NCBI GenBank assembly: GCA_030614005.1
Contig: JAUWKS010000035.1
Span: forward strand, 818 to 32,817
Direction of reading: 5' to 3'
Source of the DNA: Candidatus Heimdallarchaeota archaeon
Lineage (GTDB): Archaea > Asgardarchaeota > Heimdallarchaeia > JABLTI01
Length of the DNA: 32,000 bases
Made by a program: the position numbers and the translations under genes
Notes under the pieces: generated by a model
Database searches by the model: none
The model's input: only the letters and a program-made list of their open reading frames with translations
Told to the model about the DNA's origin: nothing
In this document: positions 16,385 through 27,818 of the stretch, in pieces
Layout of the letters: each line of letters begins with the position of its first letter
How positions within the stretch are numbered: position 1 is the first letter of the stretch

Positions 16385-18565
16385 TTGAACGTACCCCGAG
16401 ATTTCAAAGTCTCAGAAATTGAAAAACTCGTTTACAAAGGACTGTTTGATAAGGCAATAGATACGATTAGCAAAAAAATTACAAATAGAGATTTAACTAT
16501 TGATGAAAAATTGAGATTACTTATTCTTAATAGTAATGTAACATACAGACAGGGGAGATATAAGGATTCATTAGTATTGGCAGAAGAAGCACTGGAAAAG
16601 TGTCAAAAGTATAATGATCCTTTACTCGAAACAGATGCATTAATTGAAGTAGCTTCTTCATTATATCGTCTTGGTCGTTTTGACGAAAGTTTGGCAATTG
16701 TTGAGCGAGGTGAAGAAATTCTTCAAAAGCATGCTGATGTGGAAACTCTACCAGGTAACTCCAGAATGGGTGGGTTGATCAATACAAAAGCCTATATTTA
16801 TCTTTATACGGGGCAAATAGATCAAGCTTTGAAATTCTATTTAAAACATATTCCAATTTTAGAAAAAAATGCTAACAAAGAACACATTGCTACTGCATTG
16901 ATAAATATGGGGTTGATAAACAAGGCCAAAGGAAATCTAAAACGAGCACTGATCTATTGCGAAGAAGGGTTGAAATTGAGAGAAAAAATTGGCAATAAGC
17001 AGGATATTGCAGTTGCTTTGAATAATGCTGGGTTGGTTTTACTTTCAAAAGGTGAGTATGATCGTGCATTAGACTATTTCAGTAAAGGCTTGAAAACTTT
17101 CTAGTATACTAATAATAAACATCATATTGCTATGTCCCTAAATAATATTGGACTTATATTTTTGGAAAAGAGTAATTTTGACAATGCATTCATTAATTTC
17201 AAAAAAGCACTTCTCGCTTTCACTGAAATAGGAAATAAACATAATATTGCTACAACAACAAATAATCTAGGTATTATCTGTCATCAGAAAGGAGACTTTG
17301 ATCAAGCATTAGAATATATGAAACAAAGTTTAGAAGTATTCAAAGAAATTAAGAATGAACAATTAACAGCTTATTTATTGTATAATATCGGTTGTATTTA
17401 CCATCAAAAAAGAAATTTGCCTTTATCTTTAGAATTTCTAAAAGAAAGTTTGGAAATAAAAGAAAAACTCAATAATAAAATTTCTATCTCTGAATCCCTA
17501 TTTGAATTAATATATGTCTTTGTTGACATGAACTCCATTAATCAAGCAATGAAATATTTGAAGAAATTACAAGAGATCAATGAAGAAAACAAAAATAAAC
17601 TGATTAACCAGTTAACTCTCGTTGGAGAAGGTTTGATACTAAAGAGTAGTAAACGAGCTCGTGATTTTGGAAGAGCCGAAGAATTATTTGAACAAGTAGC
17701 CAATGACGAGATAATTAAACTAGAAATAACTATACTAGCAATGTTAAATCTTGGTGATTTATTTCTGAAGGAATTAACGCTCAATAATGAAGAAGAAATA
17801 TTTAATGATTTTAATTCCCTCGTTAAAAGATTGTATGAAATAGCAAAAGAACAAAAATCTCATTGGTTACAAGCAGAAACGTTATGGTTAAAAGCGAAAT
17901 TAAGATTAGTGAACTTGGAACCATTTGAAGCACAGAAACTATTAACACAAGCTGAACAAATCACCAAAGAAAGGGGATTAAAAAGATTAGCAATGAAAAT
18001 CTCTAGTGAACTTGATGATATGCTTAAACAATATGATACGAAAGAGAAGATTGCGAAAAAAGAGATTTCATTGTCGCAAAGAATGAAATCTGTTAATCTA
18101 GAAGGGCTAGTAAAGACAATGACTCGGATGGGTGATGTAGATGTTTCATCAAATAATATGGAAACACCAGTGCTTATGCTAATAATGACAACAGATGGGT
18201 TAGCAATTTTCTCAAAGCAATTCGTCTCTGAGAAACTTGATGATTTGCAAATAGGGGGATTTTTATCATCAATGAATAGCTTTCTCCAAAGAACAATAGC
18301 ACCTCTAGGAACAGTTGATCGAATTAAATATTTGAACTATACGTTGCTATTTAAGTCAATTGAGAATGTTCTCTTATGCTATATCTTTAAAGGAGAATCA
18401 TATTTTGCTCTCGAAAAAATTGATAATTTCTTGAAGGTTTTTCATGATTCATCACCAATTTGGCAATATATCAATGAATTCCTTCAAACAGGTCAACAAT
18501 TCAATCCTGAAGCGACTTCAGTAGTGAATAATCTCATTGATGAAATTTTCCTAGCAAGTTCTTGA
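16385..18565 (+). CDS. TPR protein with C-terminal longin-like domain, interrupted by an in-frame TAG at 17102-17104
   Basis: ORFs 16385-17104 and 17132-18565 are in the same frame. Read-through gives KGLKTF*YTNNKHHIAMSLNNIG, in register with neighbouring TPRs (EGLKLREKIGNKQDIAVALNNAG). The C-terminal MTTDGLAIFSKQF...IGGFLSSMNSF is longin-like. Confidence 0.85.
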
Positions 18566-18692
18566 TGATATAAAAAGAGAAAAGGATTTGCTGGATTTCT
18601 ACTTTCACTTAAACTTGTGTTGATTTTATTTATTATTTTACCATATTCTAAATAATTATAAACGACAAAAATAATCAATTAATTGGTAAATA

Positions 18693-20009
18693 ATGACTGT
18701 AAAAGACTTGAAAAAAGAATCTTCTTCTAAAGAAGAAATCCATGAAGAAATGAAAAGATTGAAAAAAGCTGCTATTTCATCTTGCCAAAAAGGGGAGTTC
18801 CAATCAGCATTTGTATATACAAAAAGATTACAAAGACTTACTAATGAAACAAATAGTAAGACGCTTGAAGGACAAGCATATTTACTTGATGCTCAAATTT
18901 ATTTCACAATGGGTAATCATAAGAAAACGCTAGAACTGACTAAACAAATAATCAAGCAATTTTCAAAAATACCTGTTGTTAAAGCTTCCTGTTTTAATAT
19001 AATTGGCTTAATACATTTAAATAGAGGAAATTTCAGTGAGAGTCAAAAATATTTTAAGAAAGCACTTAGAAAAATTAAAAGAGTTGAGAATTCACAGACT
19101 AATAGTTATCGGATTCTATGTAATGTATCAACTATTTATCGGATACAAGGTGATTTTGATAAATCATTATCTACTCTCAATAAAGTCATTGAGCTAAGTG
19201 TAAAAAAACAAGATGAACTTAGTTTACTTTTAGCCTATGGAAATACTGGCAATCTGTATTTGGACTTTCTTATGTATAAGGAAGCAATAGAAAATTTTCA
19301 ATCCTGTATACACTATGCTGAAAAGATAAGTGCCCGAAAGCATATTTTAGAAGCTCTACCTCAACTATCTGAAGCTCTGATCATGTTAGGTGACTATGAA
19401 CAAGCTGAAAAAGAAATCAAAAAAGCAAAAACACTAGCTGAGGATCTTGGAATAACTCAATTAATAGCTCTTACAAAAACTATCTCCGCTTTATGGTTAT
19501 ACAAAGCAAAAGGAGATCATAATGGTGCTCTAGCTATTGCAAATGAAGTAAATCAGCTTTTCCACACATCTGAAGAAATATTGGATTATGAATATTTAGT
19601 TAGAAATTTAGCGGTAAAAATTATGATAGAACTTGATTTGAATCTATTTCAAGAAGCATTAATTGATATTGAGGATGCATTAAAAATAATCACCAAATCA
19701 AATGCAATAGTCCAGACTATCATATTTTTAAATCTAAAAGGGTTAATTAAATCTTCAGAATTTAATTTTAAAGAAGCACAAAAAGTTTTACAAACAGCAA
19801 TTCAGCTTGCAACTAAACATGGTATAAAAAACCATTTAGCAAAAACAAAATGTAATTTGGACTTAATTAAAAACATCGAAAAAGCTAATAAAGCATATGA
19901 TGTTGCAATCTCAACTCAACAGAAAGAAGATAAGATGAACCTGGATAAAGTGGACTTACTCGTAATCATTAAGGATTATGTTGAATATGCTCTCCCAAAG
20001 ATCAGTTAG
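18693..20009 (+). CDS. Tetratricopeptide repeat protein (paralog B)
   Basis: 438 aa, colinear with 9032-10348 (e.g. MTVKDLKK, ALWxYKAKGDHNGAL, YVEYALPKI). Confidence 0.9.
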   Translation: MTVKDLKKESSSKEEIHEEMKRLKKAAISSCQKGEFQSAFVYTKRLQRLTNETNSKTLEGQAYLLDAQIYFTMGNHKKTLELTKQIIKQFSKIPVVKASCFNIIGLIHLNRGNFSESQKYFKKALRKIKRVENSQTNSYRILCNVSTIYRIQGDFDKSLSTLNKVIELSVKKQDELSLLLAYGNTGNLYLDFLMYKEAIENFQSCIHYAEKISARKHILEALPQLSEALIMLGDYEQAEKEIKKAKTLAEDLGITQLIALTKTISALWLYKAKGDHNGALAIANEVNQLFHTSEEILDYEYLVRNLAVKIMIELDLNLFQEALIDIEDALKIITKSNAIVQTIIFLNLKGLIKSSEFNFKEAQKVLQTAIQLATKHGIKNHLAKTKCNLDLIKNIEKANKAYDVAISTQQKEDKMNLDKVDLLVIIKDYVEYALPKIS

Positions 20010-20118
20010 ATTCTTTTTTTATCTATCTAGTTTTTTTCTCTTTTTCTTCAATTCGATAGGTCCAGTTGTAGACTTCAAATTTCTTGAAAAAAATTCAACA
20101 ATAAAGTCTCTAAATAAT

Positions 20119-20286
20119 CTGCTAGAAGAGCATTTATTCATCAACTATTTGTACCCCATGAAATTGAATAGAATAAAACTGAATGAAATCAGCCTACAAG
20201 ATAACAACGTTGCAAAAGTGCTTGATAATTACCTTGAAAACTTCGATGAAGAAGCTACATTAGATATTCATCAGCTAATTGCTAGG
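20119..20286 (+). pseudogene. Remnant of the C-terminus of the 946-aa receptor gene
   Basis: Near-identical to 13395-13559 (LLEEHLFINYLYPMKLNR...LDIHQLI), with one extra codon (CAA) and no credible start. Confidence 0.9.
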
Positions 20287-20430
20287 GCATGAATGAATGA
20301 ACTACTTTTTCGAATTTTCAAAAGACTAGTTTAAACTAACCAAATAAAAAACAAATTTTACTTAAAAAGTGTTTATCCAAAAAGTATTTCAATAATTTAA
20401 CAGTAACTGATGTTCAAGGACGAGTTTATA

Positions 20431-20784
20431 ATGACCAGGGTGCTAATAGTAGAAGATAATACAAATCTACGAATGATTTTTAAGATGATTCTAAGTGATG
20501 ACTTCGAAACTTTCGAAGCAAAAAATGGACTAGAAGCAATTGAGCAATATAATCAACATTCCCCTGATTTAGTTTTAATGGATATCCTTATGCCTGAAAT
20601 GGATGGCATTGAAGCAACAAAAGAGATAATGAAGATAAATTCTGAAGCAAAAATTGTCGCAATAACAGCTTATTCTTCAAGGTCGGACGAAATAATTCAA
20701 GCAGGGGCAATTGAAGTTCTTAAGAAACCGATTAGAAAGAATGTTCTTATTCAGAAAGTTAAGGAATTTGTCGGTACTGCTTAA
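20431..20784 (+). CDS. Stand-alone CheY-like response regulator
   Basis: VLIVEDN, phospho-acceptor LMDILMP, ITAYS and the KKP motif are present. ATG 20431 is preferred. Confidence 0.93.
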   Translation: MTRVLIVEDNTNLRMIFKMILSDDFETFEAKNGLEAIEQYNQHSPDLVLMDILMPEMDGIEATKEIMKINSEAKIVAITAYSSRSDEIIQAGAIEVLKKPIRKNVLIQKVKEFVGTA

Positions 20785-20998
20785 ATTAGATAAATACTAT
20801 CTATTAACCTTGTATTTCATGAAATATGTTTACAAACAACAATTTTACTGTTTGAGCTATAAGGTTTGGTTCAATAATTTATTCTTAGTATTAAACTATT
20901 ATCTGAAGTTACTTTATTTGTTCTAAATTTGGTTAAAAGAATTTTTATACAACAATGAACTATTAAAGTTATTATTTACATAGATAGGTGGAAGGTTA

Positions 20999-23900
20999 AT
21001 GAATGATAGTAATTTAGAATTAATTTTAGATGCTATGCCAGGTGGATTACAAATTCTAAATGAGAAAGGAAAATGTACGCATGTGAATAAAGTTTTTCTA
21101 AAAATGTTAGGAAGAAAAAAAGCTGATTTTATAGGGAAAGCATTTTGTGAAGTATCACCACCAATTACTAGTCCCAAATACAGCAAAACTATAGCTACGC
21201 AGATTAAAAAGCAATTAAAAACCGGAGAATCAAAATCCAGATTAGAAATTGATATTATTGACAGATCTGGTAAAAAAATATTTGTTCATTTTATTTCAAA
21301 TGTGTTACAAGATGATAAAGGGAAAATTAGTGGAATTCTATGTGTTTTTCGCGATAGAACTGTAGAAAAACAGGCAACAGAACATCTCGAAGCTAGAACT
21401 AAAGAATTGGGCGAGTCTGAAGAGTGGTTATCTACAATGCTTAGGTGTATAGGAGATGCCATTATTGCTACGGACTCTAAAGGTAATGTTAGATTTTTAA
21501 ATCCCGTGGCTGAAAGCCTAACAGGTTGGAAACAATCTGATGCAATAAAAAAACCGGTTCAAGAAATATTTAATATCATTAATGAAAAATCTCGTGAAGA
21601 AGTGGAGAATCCTGTAGAAAGAGCTATACGCGAAGGTGTTGTCGTAGGCTTAGCTAATCATACAATCCTACTATCTAAAGATGGAAAGGAAATACCAATT
21701 GACGATAGTGGTGCGCCAATAAAAGATAAAGAAGGGAACATCACAGGCGCTGTTTTAATTTTTCGAGATATCACCGAGCGCAAGAAGGCAGAGGAAGAAC
21801 TTAATATAAAAGATATTGCTTTCTGTGCTTCTCTTTCTGCTCAAAGCATAGCTGACAAAAATGGAATAATCTATCTTGTTAATCCTGCATTTATAGAATT
21901 ATGGGGTTATAGTTCATCTGAAGAAGCAATTGGAAATTCAGTTGGTAGTTTTTTCTTTAATTCTAACGATGCTGAACCAATCCTTAAAGCACTCACAGAA
22001 ACAGGCCAATGGAAAGGAGAATTTTTAGCAAAGAAACAAGATGGATCTAAGTTTATTTCACAAGGTTTTGCCTCTGCTATTTATAGCGATAAGGGAGAAC
22101 ACATTGGATTTCAATCTGCTAATCTCAATATTACTGAGCGCAAGAAAGTAGAGGAAGAACTTGAGCAGAAAACAATGGAGTTAAATGAACGGTATAAAGA
22201 ACTTAATTGTCTCTATGGGATTTCCAAACTAAAATCCAAAGAGAATTTATCACTAGAAGATTTTATTATGAAATCAGTTGAGCTAATTCAACCTGCCTTA
22301 CAATACCCAGAAATTACTTGTGCTAGAATTATTCTAGAAGAAAAAGAGTATAAAACAGCAAACTTTAAAGAAACTCAATGGTGTTTGAATGCTAGTATTA
22401 TAACTCGCGAAAGGAAAATAGGACTTTTGGATATTTGTTATTTGGAAGAAAAACCGATTCTTTTCGAGGGGCCCTTTCTCAAAGAAGAAAGGAATTTGAT
22501 TAATTCTTTAGCGATATTTATTGGTGATTACATAACCAATTTACAAGTTGATAAAGAGTTGAAAAAATATTCTGAACAACTGGAAGAAATGGTTGAAACT
22601 CGTTCAAAACAATTTATTGAAAGTGAGAATCGCTTAAATGAGTTTATCAACTCATCAACAGAAATATTTATTCTTTTGGATTCCGAATTGAATTTTAAAA
22701 TGATTAATGATATAGGATTGAAATTTTATGGATTAACTCAAAAGGAATTTATAAATCGAAACATATCTGAGATAATTCCGGGATTTAAACAAACAGCAAG
22801 ATACAAAGAATATTACAATGTGATTAAAACAGGTATTTCTGTTTCATTTGATGATACTATCACTTTCAACAATAGAGAAATAGTTCTTAATATTAGAGCA
22901 TTCAAAGTAGTCGAAGGGCTTGGTCTAATTTATACTGATATTACTGAGAAACATTTAGCTGAGGAAAAGCTTCGAAAAAGTGAAGCCAGTCTTTCTTTAG
23001 CCCAACGAATTGCTCATTTAGGTAGTTGGGATTTGGATATTATAAATAATATTTTGACTTGGTCTAATGAGGTTTATCGAATGTTTGATTTAACTCCCCA
23101 AGAGTTTGCAGCAACACATGAAGCATTTATGGAAAGGGTTCATCCCGATGATAGAGAAATAGTTCAAGCTGCTGTTGATAAAGCATGGGAGGATAAAGGG
23201 CTATATAGCATAGACCATCGGATTATATTAAAAGATGATTCAGAACGTTTTGTTCATGAACACGCCGAAATAATTTCTGATGAACATGGTAATGCAATTA
23301 GGATGATTGGGACAGTTCAAGATATTACTGAGAAAAAATTGTTGGAAGAAAAAATCGCAAAACAAGAAAAGCTTGCTCTTCTTGGACGTTTAGTTGGTGG
23401 AATAGGTCACGAACTTCGCAACCCATTGGGTTCAATAAAGAACGCAGCATACTTCCTTAAACTGGTTATCGACGATGCGGATCCTGAAGTGAAAGAAACT
23501 CTAACGATACTAGAAAAAGAAGTTAATGCTAGTGAGAAAATCATTACTAACCTTCTCAGTTTCGCTAGCACAAAACCACTTGTTAAGGTAAAAATTAATA
23601 TCAATGAAATTATCGAAAAAACCTTAGCACACATTGTAGTACCAAATAATATTAAAATTGAAACCCGGTTGAGCAAGAAGATACCAATTGTTTATGCTGA
23701 TCCAGATCAGCTCACTCAAGTTCTTCTAAACCTCATAAACAATGGTATCCAAGCAATAGAAAATGAAGGAAAATTAATCATAAAAACTTCTTCTAAAGAT
23801 TCCGAATCAATTGTGATAGAAATATCGGATACTGGAATCGGTATGAGCAAGGAAGTTCAAAAAAGACTTTTCGAACCACTTTATACTACTAAAGCCAAAG

Positions 23901-24034
23901 GTATTGGTCTTGGTTTAGTAATTACAAAAACGATTATTGAAAAGCATAATGGAAATATCCAAATTCAAAGTGAAGTGTCAAAAGGTAGTACATTCACAAT
24001 AAACTTACCCATCGGTTTAAGTAAGAAGGGATAA
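20999..24034 (+). CDS. Cytoplasmic multi-PAS sensor histidine kinase
   Basis: About five PAS domains, H-box GHELRNPL, N-box LINNGIQA, G1 DTGIGM, F-box LFEPLYTTK and G2 GIGLGL. Confidence 0.96.
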   Translation: MNDSNLELILDAMPGGLQILNEKGKCTHVNKVFLKMLGRKKADFIGKAFCEVSPPITSPKYSKTIATQIKKQLKTGESKSRLEIDIIDRSGKKIFVHFISNVLQDDKGKISGILCVFRDRTVEKQATEHLEARTKELGESEEWLSTMLRCIGDAIIATDSKGNVRFLNPVAESLTGWKQSDAIKKPVQEIFNIINEKSREEVENPVERAIREGVVVGLANHTILLSKDGKEIPIDDSGAPIKDKEGNITGAVLIFRDITERKKAEEELNIKDIAFCASLSAQSIADKNGIIYLVNPAFIELWGYSSSEEAIGNSVGSFFFNSNDAEPILKALTETGQWKGEFLAKKQDGSKFISQGFASAIYSDKGEHIGFQSANLNITERKKVEEELEQKTMELNERYKELNCLYGISKLKSKENLSLEDFIMKSVELIQPALQYPEITCARIILEEKEYKTANFKETQWCLNASIITRERKIGLLDICYLEEKPILFEGPFLKEERNLINSLAIFIGDYITNLQVDKELKKYSEQLEEMVETRSKQFIESENRLNEFINSSTEIFILLDSELNFKMINDIGLKFYGLTQKEFINRNISEIIPGFKQTARYKEYYNVIKTGISVSFDDTITFNNREIVLNIRAFKVVEGLGLIYTDITEKHLAEEKLRKSEASLSLAQRIAHLGSWDLDIINNILTWSNEVYRMFDLTPQEFAATHEAFMERVHPDDREIVQAAVDKAWEDKGLYSIDHRIILKDDSERFVHEHAEIISDEHGNAIRMIGTVQDITEKKLLEEKIAKQEKLALLGRLVGGIGHELRNPLGSIKNAAYFLKLVIDDADPEVKETLTILEKEVNASEKIITNLLSFASTKPLVKVKININEIIEKTLAHIVVPNNIKIETRLSKKIPIVYADPDQLTQVLLNLINNGIQAIENEGKLIIKTSSKDSESIVIEISDTGIGMSKEVQKRLFEPLYTTKAKGIGLGLVITKTIIEKHNGNIQIQSEVSKGSTFTINLPIGLSKKG

Positions 24035-24038
24035 TACA

Positions 24039-24782
24039 ATGTCAAATACGAACATTCTGATAGTAGATGATAACATAAATCTCTCTAAAACCCTGGCTTT
24101 TATCTTGCAAAAGAAAGGTTATTCTATAGATACTGCTGAAAGTGGTGCTGAAGCTATTGCAAAAATCAAAGAAAAAAGCTATTATCTAATCTTTCTCGAT
24201 ATCAAAATGAATGTAATGAACGGTGTTGAAGCTTTTAAGAAAATTAAGGAAATCGATTCTAATGTCGTTGTAATAATGATGACAGCTTATGCTGTTGAAG
24301 ATTTAATCCAAGAAGCGTTGAAGGAAGGAGCATTTGGAATTCTATACAAACCGTTGAATTTCAATAAATTAATCTCTCTTATTGAAAAATCTAAGGAAGA
24401 ACAAGCTAGCATCCTCATCAGTATAATAGATGATAGTGAAGGAATAAGAACTACCTTAGAAAACATCTTTAATAAAAAAGGCTATAAAACTACAGTTGCT
24501 GAAACAGGAGAAGAAGCTATAGCTTTTGCAAAGACAAATCAATGCGATGTATTTATCATCGATATGAAACTTCCAACAATAAATGGACTGGAAACTTACT
24601 TAGCTCTTAAATATATTTGTCCAAAAGCAGTTGCTATACTAATATCTGGTCATAGTCAAGAAATGGATGACTTGATAAATTCAGCTCTAAGTCAAACTGC
24701 CTATACCTGTTTGCAGAAACCGCTTGACATGGAAGTTCTTTTGCAAATTGTTGATGGAATTCGCACCGATTTAAAAAATTGA
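24039..24782 (+). CDS. Tandem receiver (REC-REC) response regulator
   Basis: Two receiver domains, each with an acidic pocket, phospho-Asp (LDIKM, IDMKL) and a KP motif. Starts 4 nt after the kinase stop. Confidence 0.93.
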   Translation: MSNTNILIVDDNINLSKTLAFILQKKGYSIDTAESGAEAIAKIKEKSYYLIFLDIKMNVMNGVEAFKKIKEIDSNVVVIMMTAYAVEDLIQEALKEGAFGILYKPLNFNKLISLIEKSKEEQASILISIIDDSEGIRTTLENIFNKKGYKTTVAETGEEAIAFAKTNQCDVFIIDMKLPTINGLETYLALKYICPKAVAILISGHSQEMDDLINSALSQTAYTCLQKPLDMEVLLQIVDGIRTDLKN

Positions 24783-25075
24783 AATTTGTCTTGTATTTTT
24801 ATGGTAAATTAGATATTAAGCAAATATTGTTATCAAAAACTGATTTGAGAAATTAGCTTATATTTTAATTTACCTATTGTAAATGAACAATTATACTTAG
24901 ATAAAAATGAAATTTCATTATGAGATATAGATAATGTTCCAAAACAAACTTTTATTATTAAAAATATCTATTATAATAATTTAAAGAGATGAGATAATAT
25001 CTGAATGAACCAATAAAAATCTAATTTGTATTCATTTCGATAATAAGCAATGTTTTCCTATTAAACAATAGCTTT

Positions 25076-27772
25076 ATGGGTGTTCAAAGAATGAATGAAA
25101 AAAAGAGCAAGAAAGTAGATATTCTGATAATAGATGATGATGAAAGTTTTTCTAAATCGCTTTCATTTACTCTGAGAAAAAAAGGGTACAATGTGGAATT
25201 CGCCTTTACTTTTGATGAGGCTCTCGAAAAAGCAAATGAAAATCATTACAACATTGCTTTAGTGGATATTAAATTACAAGACAAGAGCGGTGTTGAATTA
25301 GTAGATTATTTGAAAGAAATTGATCCTGAAATAGCAATAATGATGATTACAGGGCATGCATCGGTGTCAACTGCAATAGAATCAGTTAATCTCGAAATAT
25401 CAGCTTATTTCACAAAACCGGTAGATATGAATGTACTCCTAAAAACAATTAGTGAAGCTTTGGAAAAGCAAGAATTGCTAATTAGAAATAAGGAATTAAT
25501 CATACAAGTGCAAAAAGAACTTGAAGAACGTAAACTAGCAGAAGAGAAATACCGGATGTTAGTTGAAACATCACCAAATGCTATTTTATTGTTAGATATC
25601 GAAGGGAAAATCATTTTTGTTAATAAACAATTTTTAGCTGTGAGAGGTTACGAAAATGATGATGAAATTATTGGGCACAGTATAGCAGATTTTTCTCACA
25701 GGGATCAAAATAAACTTACTAAAATTATTAATGAATTATTATCTAATAAAGAAACTAAACGAGAACATGAAATTACTTTATTTAAAAAAGATGGAACTAC
25801 CTTTCAAGCAGAATGCACTACTTCCGTTGTATTGAATCAACAAGGTGAACCTGTGTTCTTTACTGCAATTCAAAAAGACGTTACTGAAAGAAAGAAACAA
25901 GAGAAGGAATTAGCACTCAGAAACCAAATTAGTCATCTCTTTGCTACAATACCCGATAAAGAAATCTACAGTGAAATATTGAATGCCGTTTTAAAAGCTA
26001 TGAGTAGCAAAAAAGGTATTTTTGGTTATATTAATCCAAAAGGAGATTTAATCTGTCCCTCAATAGCAGGAGAAATTTGGGATGAATGTCAAATTCCTGA
26101 AAAGTCGATAGTCTTCCCTCGGAAATCTTGGGGAGATAATCTTTGGACTAGAGCTCTTACAGATAGAGAAGTAGTTTATTCGAATGAACAACCAACAAAA
26201 CTCCCAAAGGGGCATATACCAATAGAACGACATCTTCCTGCTCCAATTGTTTATCAAGGAGAGACAATTGGTCTACTTTACATTGCTAACAAGGAATCTA
26301 ATTACACAAATGATGACATTCTTCTAATGAAAATGATTACAAAACACATTGCCCCAATACTATCTTCAAAACTACAGACGAATATTGAAGAGGATCAACG
26401 AAAGAAAGCCGAGTGGGAACGAGAAGATGCAATTAAAGATTTGGAAAAAATGTTTCAGTATTCACCTGCATTTCAATTTACAACAAGCCTGGATGGTTAT
26501 TTCAAACGGATAAATCCTATTTTCTGCAAAACTTTTGGTTATTCGGAAAGTGAATTGTTAGCTTCATCATTTATTGATTATGTTCATCCTGATGATCTTG
26601 AGGATTCTTTACCAAATATTGGAACACTGAGAAGCGGGTTAAAAACAATCAAGTTCATAAATCGTTTCCGCTGCAAAAATGGTGATTATAGATGGATTGA
26701 ATGTATTTCAAATCCAATAGTTAGCGATGATAACATTTTCTCTATTGCTCAAGATATAACTGCTCGAAAGAAAGCAGAGGAAGAGATCGAAGAAAGTGAA
26801 TTAAGATATCGAACTATTTTCAAAGCAGCATTTGATTCAATAATGATAATTAAGGATGATAAATTTGTTGATTGTAATGATGTACTTGTTGAAAAGTATG
26901 GATTTAAGAATAAGGATGAGTTTCTAGGTCTATCTCCTTGGGATATATCACCCCCACTACAACCAGATGGCACATCATCAAAAGAAAAAGGAATGGCGTT
27001 ATTGGAAGCTACATTAGCAGGTGTACCTCAACAATTTTACTGGGTCCATGAATTTAAAGGTAGAACACCATTTGAGGTTAACGTTTCATTGAGTAGCTTT
27101 GAAATGCATGGGGAGAAATATATTTTAGCTATGTGGTTTGATTTAACAGAAAGCAAAAAGGCAGCATTAGATTTAAAACATTCAGAGGAATTATATCGAA
27201 CTGTTTTTGACACTACTGGTACAGCAATGTTACTTACTGAAAATCGAAAAGTAGTTGTTTGTAATAAGAGATTCTTTGAGCTATTTGGATATACACGAGA
27301 GGAAATTGAAGGAGAGGTTTGGACAAAATGGATTTTTGAATCTGACCATGAAAAAATGTTAGCAATATATTCTAACTATCAGAAGAATCCAAATCTTTTT
27401 CCAATGGAAACTGAATTTAGAATTATTCGAAATGATGGAGAAATTAGAACTGTTTTTGCAATTATTGATCTTATTCCTGGAACAGTAAGAACTGTAGCTT
27501 CTATACAAGATATTACCACGAAAAAGAATCTTGAAGAAGTTAGAAGTCAAGTATATGAACAGCTTGAAAGAAATATGGAACAATTCGCGATACTAGTTGA
27601 TAGCATACGTAATCCTCTAGCAGTCATTGTAGGTTTTGCTGATATTTATCCTGAAGATGTTACTGATAAAATCATTAAGCAGGTCAAGTTAGTTGATGAT
27701 ATTATTTCAGAACTTGATTTGCGATTCCTAGAGTCAGAAAACGTTCGGAATTTCTTAAAAAAACACACATAA
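25076..27772 (+). CDS. REC-PAS-GAF-(PAS)3 signalling protein with C-terminal His-less HisKA-like domain
   Basis: Receiver (IDDD, VDIKL, TKP), PAS, GAF and three more PAS domains. It ends in FAILVDSIRNPLAVIVG...RNFLKKHT with no HATPase domain. Confidence 0.9.
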   Translation: MGVQRMNEKKSKKVDILIIDDDESFSKSLSFTLRKKGYNVEFAFTFDEALEKANENHYNIALVDIKLQDKSGVELVDYLKEIDPEIAIMMITGHASVSTAIESVNLEISAYFTKPVDMNVLLKTISEALEKQELLIRNKELIIQVQKELEERKLAEEKYRMLVETSPNAILLLDIEGKIIFVNKQFLAVRGYENDDEIIGHSIADFSHRDQNKLTKIINELLSNKETKREHEITLFKKDGTTFQAECTTSVVLNQQGEPVFFTAIQKDVTERKKQEKELALRNQISHLFATIPDKEIYSEILNAVLKAMSSKKGIFGYINPKGDLICPSIAGEIWDECQIPEKSIVFPRKSWGDNLWTRALTDREVVYSNEQPTKLPKGHIPIERHLPAPIVYQGETIGLLYIANKESNYTNDDILLMKMITKHIAPILSSKLQTNIEEDQRKKAEWEREDAIKDLEKMFQYSPAFQFTTSLDGYFKRINPIFCKTFGYSESELLASSFIDYVHPDDLEDSLPNIGTLRSGLKTIKFINRFRCKNGDYRWIECISNPIVSDDNIFSIAQDITARKKAEEEIEESELRYRTIFKAAFDSIMIIKDDKFVDCNDVLVEKYGFKNKDEFLGLSPWDISPPLQPDGTSSKEKGMALLEATLAGVPQQFYWVHEFKGRTPFEVNVSLSSFEMHGEKYILAMWFDLTESKKAALDLKHSEELYRTVFDTTGTAMLLTENRKVVVCNKRFFELFGYTREEIEGEVWTKWIFESDHEKMLAIYSNYQKNPNLFPMETEFRIIRNDGEIRTVFAIIDLIPGTVRTVASIQDITTKKNLEEVRSQVYEQLERNMEQFAILVDSIRNPLAVIVGFADIYPEDVTDKIIKQVKLVDDIISELDLRFLESENVRNFLKKHT

Positions 27773-27818
27773 TTGGGAAAAAAAAAGAAAAAAATAGGCT
27801 TGAAAAATACAAGCCATA

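Noticed and set aside
1493-20009. Genome-wide TAG reassignment
   Set aside because: TAG ends genes at 1495, 7555 and 20009, and the last aligns with TAA in its paralog.
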